A DNA stretch of 64,000 nucleotides from Amoebidium appalachense (taxonomy: Eukaryota; Protista; Ichthyosporea). This document shows positions 42,053-64,000 of this stretch, in pieces. Below the pieces are notes generated by a model that made no database searches, had not been told where the DNA came from, and saw nothing but the letters and a program-made list of their open reading frames with translations. The stretch spans positions 8,173,937 to 8,237,936 of the forward strand of contig CAVNZM010000011.1 of assembly GCA_963693365.1 (NCBI GenBank), given 5' to 3'. Made by a program: the position numbers and the translations under genes. Each line of letters opens with the position of its first letter. Position 1 is the first letter of the stretch.

Positions 42053-42436
42053 TTAACATGAACATGATATGTTAGGTCCGTACATAAGATGGGGCCTTGA
42101 TACGGGTATCATGTTTGTACGTTTTTTGGGGAATCGTTTCAGTGGGTGTTGTGAAAATTCTCTTGATATCCAGGAAGAAATACATATCATAGTAGTGTTA
42201 ACCCATTTGCTAAAAGAATGCACACGTCTTTTGCTATGATACTAATAAAGTTTATATGGAACCATGTCTTTATATTTGCCCTCAATGGTATATTCGGCAG
42301 ATTCACATGCAAAGTGGATATATGCATTAGATATATTACCACGGAGTTGATTGGCCATGTGCGCGTGTGTGTCTGTGTGTGTGTATGTGTATGCGTGTGT
42401 CTCCTCTGGCGTAATGTTGTGCATGCATGTGTGTGT

Positions 42437-42467
<31 letters not shown>

Positions 42468-43078
42468 GGGGGGGGTGAGTGTGCGAGTATGTCAGTGTGT
42501 GAGTGTGTCTGTGTGTGCGCACGGGTGCCTGTGTGTGTGTGTGTGTGTAAATATATTTTCTGTAAAGGGGAGGGGAGGGGGTGGGGGGTGGGGAGGGGAG
42601 GGGGTGGAGGTGGGGAATGGACGGGGGGGGGGGGGGGGGGGGGGGGTAGAGGGGGGAGGTTCTGCGTGTGTGTGTAGACTCACCATTCGTGCTGTCTCCG
42701 TCCGACCCTTGCTCACTACTAGCCTACCCCCCGTTTTAGCAAAACCCTAAAGAGCTTTGAGCCCAAGTATGGAAACCAATCCCACTATATAACCATAATA
42801 GAAGCCCCCCCCCCCCCCTCCCCCCCCCCTTCTCCCTCCCCTCCCCCTTCCCCGTCCCCCCCCCCCCCTCCCCCCCCCCCTTCTCCCCCCCTCCCCCTTC
42901 CCCGTCCCCCCCCCCCCCCCCCTCCCCCCCCTTCTCCCTCCCCTCCTCTTCTCCCCCCTTCCCCGTCCACCCCCCGCCCCCCCCTCCCCCCCTCCCCAAC
43001 CCCCACCAAAAGGGCCAACCAGGTGCCATCTCACTTTGCCCATTCTTCTCGGATACTCACCTCTGCATCTGAATTCCT

Positions 43079-43116
<38 letters not shown>

Positions 43117-43306
43117 CGCACACACCAATACCTGCTTGTATTGTTTATCAACTATTTCATACAGACATGCTCCCCCCCTCCCCCCTCCCCCCCCCATCAA
43201 CAAAAAAAAAAAATAAAAAAATAAAAAACCCAAACACACACACACACATACAGACAAAACTCCATATCTACCAACGAATAGGGGCGTAGTGGCAACAAGT
43301 TAAGGT

Positions 43307-43344
<38 letters not shown>

Positions 43345-43601
43345 GGGAGGGCGAGGAGGTCTGCAGGGGAGGGGAAAGGGGAAGGAGAAAAGGTAACGAG
43401 GTCCAGTTAGGTGAGCCCGGGGGAGGGGGTTAGGGGGGAGGAGGGGGGAGGGGGGGAGGGGGGTTGGGGTGGGGGGGGAGACTATTACGTTTCATCTTCC
43501 TCAGAGGTGTCTTTTCTTTGTCTCTTTGTTGGTGGTAGGTTCAAGGACTTGGGCCACGGGTACGGGTAGTATGGCAGAGATAGGGTGTTTGGCCCAGTAC
43601 T

Positions 43602-43673
<72 letters not shown>

Positions 43674-43732
43674 GGAGGAGAGGGAGGAGAGGAGGGAGGG
43701 CGGGAGGGAGGAGGGGGGAAAGAGGGGGGGGG

Positions 43733-43981
43733 TTTGAATGCGTCAAAAAGTACGAAGCACACAAGAACAAACGGATAACACGATGCAGAATGCAAGCCAT
43801 ACATAAAGAGTATGCATAATAAGCAGAGCCCATCCTCAGGGGGGGCCCACGTCATCCACAGTACCCGAGTTTCGACCTATTCACCTCGTTAACGAAACCC
43901 AACTCAGATACTGTTTCACTTGAACATGGGTAGGTCACCCGTCTTGATCAGAGACGAGCAGGGTTGCTTATGCAGGCAAGG
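43733..43981 (-). mobile_element. ribozyme-like retroposon, subfamily V2, core intact (copy F)
   Basis: Near-identical reverse complement of 53550-53775; includes the 5' closing strand GCATAAGCAACCC. Confidence 0.88.
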
Positions 43982-44078
43982 GCAGTGGGGTGGAGGGAGA
44001 GAGAGGGGAAGGCAGGGAGAGAGAGAAGAGAGAGAGGGGGGGGAGGGGGGGGGGAGGGGGAGGGAAGAGAGAGAGAGA

Positions 44079-44123
<45 letters not shown>

Positions 44124-44147
44124 TGTGTGTGCTGCTGTGTTGTAAAG

Positions 44148-44187
<40 letters not shown>

Positions 44188-44952
44188 TGTGTGCGTGCGT
44201 GTGTGTGGGCACGTGCATGTGCATGTATGTCTGTGCATGTGTACAAGTCAGATATGTATGATAGTGATAAATCGGAGACCATGCTTCGATAACATTTTTG
44301 AAAGAATAAAGTCATCCAAATACACCAAACATTCAAACCAGGAATTCTGAGCCATTCCGCCGGTAAAAATGGAACCCTGGAATGGAGCACTGAAAGACAT
44401 TACTTAAACCCAACAGCTCCCAAACACCAAGACAACTTTTGGCCCCTCCCCCCCCTCCCCCCCCCCCCCTCCCCCTCCCCCTCCCCCCCCCCCCCCCCTG
44501 CGTTTTTTACTACCTATATTATATTGTTTGAGCTTTCAGCTGATGAATCAACGAGTTAAGTGAACTGCCCCCCCTCCCCCCCCCTCCCCCTCCCCCTCCC
44601 CCCTTCCCCCCCCCCCCCCCCCCCCCCTCCCCCTTCCCCCCGGGGCCCCAAACCCACTCTCCTCACCCCAACCACTATCACCACGGGGAATTCGGCCACG
44701 TCCAATGCCTAAGATAGGACTTGCCCACGACTTGCCCACACATACATAAAACTAACCAACCAATTACAGCATGCTCCAATCTCATGGTATGTTTTCATCT
44801 AATGTTAGTTGTCATTTCTTGTAAATCAGTATCTACCATCAAATTTACATTTCTATTCCAAACCAAACTGAATCAGTGTAGCCCCACCCACCACGTGTGT
44901 GTACATGAAACCCAACCAGCCAATAACACCATCCTCTTACGTTCATTTTAAC

Positions 44953-44995
<43 letters not shown>

Positions 44996-45786
44996 TCTAA
45001 AGTCATCCGCACCCACCTTGCACTTGCACACGCCCGCCAGGCACACCACGGCATGCACGGGCTCGTCTGGGCCCAATCCGACCTTCTGATTGGCTGTCTG
45101 CAGGTCCAATAGTCTACCGGGGATGAACAGCAAGGCCTCCTAAATAGCGTAGGAGGCCTTGATGAACAGCCGGCACCGCACATGCATCCTAAAAAGAAGA
45201 ATATGTGGGGCGCTTTTAGAATTCTAGGTCGGGTCAGATTCGAACGAGGCACGCACTATCCCGTATTTTGGCCTGATACGAAAGGGCCCATAGGTCGGCC
45301 TGGCACGTACTGACGGTGCCTGGGCTGCTATGAACTTGCCGTTCGCCTCACGCCCATTTTTCCTTACACTCTCGCGACCGCGTGCATGCTTTCTCTCGCG
45401 GCGGCTCTACGGTCCCGAGAGTCCAGTGTTCGCTGTGTGTGTAAGGAAAAATACGAGTCACCTCAGTAGGTGACAGTAAGTCGGCCTAAAGAAGCCACCT
45501 TTTCAATAAACAAAGCGTTAAAATTTAGGGGATGGAGTCACGCATGCCAGAAGTTGGCTGAAAACCATAAGGTGGGGGTTAAGGTGTGTATTTGCAGTCA
45601 ACAACTTAAGGGGAGGGAGAGAGGCAGAGACTGAAGACCAAAAAATGGAAAAGAGGAAATGCCAATGCAACGAAATACAATGACGAGAGAAAAGAGGATT
45701 AATAATAATACATGTGCCCGGAGAAGACACGGAGAGAGAGCTCGGAGAGAGATGGAATTTGCATTTTCTTGCTGTCTCAAACCTCC

Positions 45787-45838
<52 letters not shown>

Positions 45839-46529
45839 ACAAAAAAAAAAAAAAAAAAAGAAAGAAAGAAAAGAAAAGAAAAGAAGAGAAAAAAGATACA
45901 TGTGCCCGGGTCTAAGACAAAATATCCCGACAGAATAAATGCTTCATTTTCGGGTTCTCCTCCAGGTTTGCTTTCCAGCTTTTTTTTCAAAACCCGGGGA
46001 GGGAGGTGGGGGAGGGGGAGAGGGGAGGGCGGGCGCCAGGGGGGGGGGGGGGGGGGGGAGGGGATGACGAAAAGAAAGAGAAGGAGGTTAAGGGACGGGG
46101 GCGGGGGGGGGGGGGGGGGGGGGAGGGGAAGGGGGTGTGGAGGGCGAAGAGAGAGGAAGGGGGGGGGAAAGGAAAAGGGGGGCAGAGTGTGAGAGAGGAA
46201 GGGAGAGAGACCGCAAAAGATGCCCCAGGTGTACACAGGGAAGGGAAGGAAAGGGAAAGAGAAGGAAGTTAGGGGAGGGGGAGGAGGGCTGTGTGCGCGG
46301 GGGGGGGGGGGGGGGGGGGGGTTAAGGACGGGAAAAAATGGGCTTTTTCAAGCATACATACACTTGGATTTCTCCCAGTCAGAAAGGCTGCATGGACGGC
46401 AAGGGCAGCAATAGAATTGTGCCTCCACTTGTGCCACAGCAGACCTACAAAGGCGTAGTTGCCTGTGTCTCCGTGCCAACGCTGCCGGTTGATGTACAAA
46501 GGCAGCGCAGATGTGGTGGTTCCCGGAGG

Positions 46530-46635
<106 letters not shown>

Positions 46636-46728
46636 AAGAGAGAGAGAGAGAGATAGAGAGATCGATATTGAAAGAGAAAGAGAGAGAGAGAGAGAGGGAG
46701 AGAGAGATCGAGAGAGAGAGGGGGGGGG

Positions 46729-46759
<31 letters not shown>

Positions 46760-47066
46760 GCAGAGAGACAGAGAGAGAGAGATAGAGAGAGAGAGGGGGG
46801 GGAAAAAGGAGGGAAAGAGAGAGAGAGGGGGGGGGGGGGGGGGAGGGGGGGGAGAGAGAGAGAGAGAATACGGAGGGAGGGAGAGAGGAAGGGAGAGAGA
46901 GGGAGAGAGAGGGGGGGGGAAGGAGAGAGACAGAGACAGAGAGAGAAAGAAAGAGAGAGCGTGTGTATGTCGTGTGTGTGCAGAAGTGTGTGTGTGCAAG
47001 CCGACGTGTTAGGAGTGTACCGGTCTGTGGTTTAACATAACCACGCTCAAGTGTGCAAAGTGTTGG

Positions 47067-47123
<57 letters not shown>

Positions 47124-47126
47124 GTG

Positions 47127-47165
<39 letters not shown>

Positions 47166-48077
47166 AAGTGTGCGCGCACGCATGTGTGTACAAGCCCTTT
47201 TGTGAAGGGCCTTGACACTTCATGCCAGTGATAACAAACCAAATAGTGGATGTGGGTGCAGCATGCCTTTGTGTAAATGAAATTTGATTGTCTATGAGGC
47301 AGGGGAAGGAGGTGGAGGAGTGGATGGGACAGATATGCACCAAACATAAAACAGGTGATAAGTCACTGCACACTTAACCAATTCGGCTGGCGGTGTTGTG
47401 GGTCTCTCCGCATCATCATTTACCTTGATATGGCCTGGGTTTGGGAATACATGTTGTGCCATAGGCAAAAAAACCTGGAATGACTTCAGTATTCATTCTG
47501 TACTGCAATACACATGGCCCTTTGCTTTCTTTTCTAGAAGGACAGCGCAAAGAATGCCCGAATATGTGTGATGATTACGACAACCTGCTGGACGGACTCT
47601 GAAACGGGAGTCTGCAACATGAAGGAAGGTGTCGGGAAGAAGGTAAAGTTTCGCAAATAGCCCTATTCAACTGTTCGTTATACACTAGAATAATAACGCT
47701 ATCTCTGTCAGGAAATCGCACAATCAACAGACCCCTTCCAACATCGAGTTACGTTCACAAGTGTTTCAAGCTTTCCCTCGTTTTCTGCTCAGGCTCAGTG
47801 AACTTCAATGGATTCCATTGTGCTGGGCCAGGCTATGATTGGTGCACACTCACATTCCATAGGATGCGCTTTTAGCCAATCACACATACGGATCTTTCTA
47901 AATTTCGGCAAATCTATGGTTTCTGTGGGTCTAAAAGGCATATTTTCAGAACCCCCCTCCCCGGCAGCAAGCCCCACACAAAAGCACACAGCTCTCTCTG
48001 TGTGGGTCTCTTTAGCACGGGCACTGTTCTGCTGTCGCAGCTAAGCGTTTCTAACGGACGTCCCGTTATCTTAGAAA

Positions 48078-49435
48078 ATGTCTCACGGCCACCACGCACA
48101 CGCGAGCGCTGAAGTCTCGGAGATCGCCGTCGTCTGTGAGTTTCCTAGCTTTTTTTTCCTTCGATGAACGTACATACATGATGGATGCAAACGGATATAG
48201 GCTCTTAATATACCCTTTCAGGAGTAGAGTTAGCTAGATTGAATCCAAAAATTATCTGAGGAATCCCTGTCCATCTGCCAGCAAACGGAAGGTCCCTATA
48301 CGCTGGCCGGGCATTCAACACGTACAAGCCTTTCATTTTGGGTACAGATAGGCTTCACAGTGGGACAACACAGGCTCCTGTGGAAGGAGGAGACAACGGA
48401 GGCCGTCCGAAATGTTCGAGAAGAGTTGTGCATAAACCCGCGGGGAGAGGAACATAGCCATTTTCAATTGTTGACCTGGCGGCGGCGCCGTATTTATTTG
48501 CAACAATAGTATATTTCCAAATGGTCGGCATTTGAACCTTTTGATGGTGTTCTTGAGCAGATATTTTTGAGCATAGTATTTTTCATCTGTGGCTGGGTGA
48601 TGACAGAATCTGTACGATCTGTTTGATAACGCAAATTCAGCAGGTCCGCCTGGCATCTTGTTGGGGGACATGTTTCATTTTCGCGTACGGGAATTGACGA
48701 TGTACTTGGGAGAGACCACCTATGCTCATTTTCCTCCTCCCCCCCCTCTTCCCAGACGCTTCCCTCATCCTGTGGGACGATGATGTCGAGATCACGTCCG
48801 ACAAGCTCGAGACGCTCGTCCACGCTGCCGGCGTGAAGGGTGTTGAGCCTTTCTGGTTCGGCCTCTTCGCCCGCGCTCTCCAGGGTGCCGACATAAAGTC
48901 TCTCATCTCCAACATCGGCTCTGCTTCCGCTGGTGCCGTTGCCGCCGCCCCCGCTGCTGCCCCCGCAGCTGCCGCCGCTGCGCCCGCGGCCGAGAAGAAG
49001 GAGGACAAGAAGAAGAAGGAGGAGAAGGAGGAGTCTGAGGAGGCCGACATGGGCTTCGGTAAGTGTCCCGGAGAATGTTTTCCCGCGCTGGTAGCAGAAC
49101 ATTGTGCAGTTGCCCTTGCCGTTGGTCTGTTGCATCTGAAAGTTACTGCATGCAATGCAAGATGGAAAGTGTTGTGATTTTTTTGTGTGTACTTATTTGT
49201 TCTGTACATGTTGATAGGCATTTCTAGTGCCTCGGGCTCGTCTGTTTTCTGGAGCCAATGATCTTACGACGGTGTGAATTGATGATCGCAAAATTTCACA
49301 GTTTGCATGAATTGGTCCATGATTAAACATTACCTCTGACAACCTGATCACACCTGCTTACTCCGGCATTTATTTTTTCTTTCTGCTTCTGTCTCTAACA
49401 CTATCTACTCTTTCTGCACAGGTCTGTTCGACTAA
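48078..49435 (+). CDS. RPLP1: 60S acidic ribosomal protein P1, 3 exons (48078-48135, 48756-49058, 49422-49435)
   Basis: SEIAVVYASLILWDDDVEITSDKL...VEPFWFGLFARAL, Ala-rich hinge, KKEEKEESEEADMGFGLFD*. Junctions in phase; AATAAA at ~49454. Confidence 0.97.
48156..48264 (+). ncRNA. possible box C/D snoRNA in RPLP1 intron 1
   Basis: TTCC..TCGATGA (variant C box) ... CTGA-GGAA terminal stem. The segment AATCCAAAAATT before the D box resembles the antisense of the conserved 18S AAUUCUUGGAUU with one mismatch. Confidence 0.3.
49271..49354 (+). ncRNA. box C/D snoRNA in RPLP1 intron 2
   Basis: 7-bp terminal stem GGTGTGA/TCACACC, C box TTGATGA (49279-49285), D' ATGA (49307), C' ATGATTA (49319), D CTGA (49344-49347). 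Guide ACCTCTGACAA is antisense to the conserved 18S UUGUCAGAGGU. Confidence 0.75.
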
Positions 49436-49999
49436 ATGCCCTGGACTTGGCTCAATAAAAGGCAACTCCGCTCCCATACTTGTTTGCAAGGTGATGTGCT
49501 GCCTTGTGCCCACAGCACATTACCCTTGCCCACGCTGTATATAGGATTCCCTGCACCCATGTGCACGAATGTCTTCATGCGAGTAGTGTTTGCCACGTGC
49601 TGTTAGCTTTCCCCTGGTTGGGAGCCAGCGTACACATTAAATATCCTTAGCTGTTGTAATGCTCAGCTTCCCTCGTACCAGCCCATCACACACATCGCCC
49701 ACTACTACTTGCATAGCTCTGGCTTACCGGCCCTCCAGTGTTTTGTCTTCTTCCCAATGATCGTTTATTTATCCTTTCATCTCATTGCGCCCCTTATGTA
49801 GGCAAGGACTTATCTGAAACATCACTGCCAGCACACAAGGTCGGCTGATATATCAACCATTTTTGCTCTGCCCACGGCCATCTAGAAACACCTGGCCGTG
49901 GCTCTGCCACAACTTCGTTGTCCATCGTGATGCCTTCATATTATGTAGCACATGTACCGTCCCCCCCCCCCCCCCCCCCCCCCCCCCACCACACACACG

Positions 50000-50152
50000 G
50001 GGAATAGGTCGAAACTCGGGTACTGTGGATGACGTGGGCCCCCCCTGAGGATGGGCTCTGCTTATTATGCATACTCTTTATGTATGGCTTGCATTCTGCA
50101 TCGTGTTATCCGTTTGTTCTTGTGTACTTCGTACTTTTTGACGCATTCAAAA
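50000..50152 (+). mobile_element. 5'-truncated V2 copy with 17-bp target-site duplication (copy G)
   Basis: CCCCCACCACACACACG at 49983-49999 and 50153-50169 flanks a sequence almost identical to 53631-53775. Confidence 0.92.
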
Positions 50153-52132
50153 CCCCCACCACACACACGCACAAAAAAAAACACAAGCATACCCCAACAG
50201 GTTCTTTGCTTCCGTGTTCTAATAGTGAGTCCTTCTGCGTTTTATCGGCCGCCGTCGTGCTCTATACTCTCGTGCCGCTGTGCGCACTGTTGCTCATTTC
50301 CATGGGCTGCTGTGTCAGCCAGTTGGACTCTGCCCGGTCATGTCGTGGGACTCTCGGGCCAAACCCTGTAGCAGCATAAATACGGCTGCAGATCACACGA
50401 GATAATCGAAACTGGCTGTGTTCTGCCTTGATCAGCCTGCAGGCAATTTCTGTTGAGCAGGATTTTTGTGGCCCTTTCGTGGTTGGACGTTCTTTCCATC
50501 AGAACACGTGTCGTGCTCTCGGGAACGCCGCAGCACTGCTCAGCGGTATGCCTTCACGTTTCTCATAGTATCACTTGCGTGTTTCATCCTGGGCGTGGGC
50601 AGGTGCTGGTGGCGCTACTCGGAATTGCGCCATTGCTCCCCTCACGACCACACACACAAACGCTTTTCATTCTCGGAGGACTTCTTCCGAGACATGTGCG
50701 CATGCCCTGAGTTCTACTTTTCCTGGCTGACCCTGGCAACTTGCAATTGGCATTTTCAAGTGGCATCATCAAGTCAGGGGCGATGAACGGACCGAAGTGA
50801 GAATGCATGCCAGGGTCTGCTTTATTCCAGCTTTAGTAAGTTTCGATTCAAAGCAATGTTTATTGTAGGCTGACTTGCTGTTGATCTATAATAGGAAATA
50901 AACTTCGTATTGATGGAAGAAAACATTGTGCAATATGTATGCACATGCACATATGTATACAGAACTCGTTGTGAAGCTGCACTGTGCACGATACGGCGAA
51001 GTCACCAGGGCCGTGGGCGTCACCGTCACGTCACTCACCGGGCCTGGGTCAGCCCGGGTGGACCACATTCCTGACCACGGCCATCTTGCTGTTAACGTTC
51101 AAGATGGCCGTGTTCCTCACCTCAGAGCAGACTCGGAGATGACGATGCCCGGGTTGCATCCAATCAAGTGGAGCAGCGTGCTCTATGCGCAAACAGCCGT
51201 TGACCGTCGACGGTTGCCGGGCTCATGCAAAACAACACGACTAAAGCAGTATTGCAGCTATAGCAGTCCCTAGTTATTCTTATGGGTTTTTCCTTTTGTT
51301 TTCTTTTCTTTTCTTTTCGAGTCCATCTATGCCATATGTATGGGCGTGACGGTGTGAATGCAGCGTCTCGGACTGGGCACAAATACCGCGGGAGAGTTTG
51401 GAATCAGCTCAAATAGCCATATATGGGCAGTACATTCCTGAGCGCTGATCGACTGATTTGCCGGCCTGGCCTTGGCCGGGCTGTGCCCGCAAGGATAAGA
51501 ACTGGTGTGCGTGATCGCAGCACTGTTGAGGGGCAGGAAAGAAATTTGAAAATAAACATAATGAGAGTGATGTATACAACATCAGTATAGTAATATATAG
51601 CAGTGATGTTTTAGAAGAGAGCACGAACACCTCGCCATCTTACAGTTGCACCCAAAGCCCCGTTCCTTGGCGCCATGCCATTGGTTGCTTATCGGATGTT
51701 CTTTCAGCCAGTGATTTCGATTCATTTCAGTCATGCATCCAGGGCTACCCATTTTCAATGAAAACCAGGACCAAAACTCAAACGTACCGTTTTGTTGATG
51801 CCAGTAGCCCATGTGAATCGGACAGAATCACTGTATATTCTCCTTTTTGAACTCTCGTTTCAAACCCTCCATATCTCGTTCCACTACGTTTTCACTTTCT
51901 ACTTGAGTGTTTGGCTTTCTGTTTTTTCGTGTGTTTCAGTGACTTTTGTGGTGTTCGCGAGAAGGGGCCCTCCCTTCCGCGTATACACCATGTTTTGTAT
52001 GCGTGCCAACATGTTTAATTATGCGTGTTACAACGCCCTTGCAACCACATTTTAGCTTAGATCCTACGCTTTGATCAGCAAGTCACGAATTCTCTTTACA
52101 GTATACACAACCCGAATGTGGGTACAAAAAAC

Positions 52133-63489
<11,357 letters not shown>

Positions 63490-64000
63490 CAAAAACTATA
63501 GCTGCTGCCCAATCAGAAAAAAGGGTTTAATGGGTAAAAAAATTGGGCCCAATGGGGGTCGGGGTATAATTTCGCGGCTGGAAGGAAGGTGTGTGCGGTG
63601 GGTTCTCGGAGGGGTCCTTCAATAGGAAAATGAAGTGGAGAGTTAAAGAAGGCGGTTCGGAAACGATGTTGTCGACCCGGACCGTGGATTCGGCCGAACC
63701 GGATCGGATGTGACAGTAACACCATCTCCAAATGGAAGGAATGGCCCTAGAAACAAAGTTCTGTGTAAATGGTGAAGGGTGGGTATGTCCTTAGGTATGC
63801 ATGGTTTTCCCGGCGTTGCTAGGGCAAACACCTAATGTTTTGTTAGGCTTTACAGTTTGTTTGGCCCACTGTAGATAGTAACATGCGGGGAAAGCCTGGG
63901 GGAAAGTTATGCACACTACACATGCAAGCAAGCACACCATGTAAAAAAGCATGCGTGACAGTCAGACATGTACAGCTTAGAGACACTCATACGTGCACAC

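Noticed and set aside
50250-51400. Repeat-free GC-balanced stretch, possible transposon ORF relic
   Set aside because: Only short ORFs, with no RT, integrase or transposase motif recognised.

Overview
Eukaryotic, intron-containing genomic DNA saturated with (CA)n/(GT)n, (GA)n and long poly-G/poly-C tracts; most ORFs in the supplied track are translations of these simple repeats. Genes reconstructed by hand from GT-AG splice phases: a galactokinase-family GHMP kinase, PDAP1, a GT71 (MNN/MNT-type) mannosyltransferase, a CxH-CxxCGG Cys-repeat protein, RPLP1 (with at least one intronic C/D snoRNA) and a 10-exon C2H2 zinc finger + ELM2-SANT regulator. There is also a disrupted F-box/LRR gene and probably an unidentified multi-exon gene at the left end. 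The gene mix suggests a unicellular holozoan-like host (inference). The main discovery is a dispersed, 5'-truncated retroposon-like family with about 10 copies in 3 subfamilies, abutting poly-C tracts, one copy with a 17-bp target-site duplication. It carries a ~170-nt covarying RNA structure containing all hammerhead ribozyme core motifs (GUU, GAAAC, CUGANGA) in a non-canonical, double-pseudoknotted order together with a K-turn. Self-cleavage is inferred, not shown. MITE-like palindromes and several minisatellites are also present.
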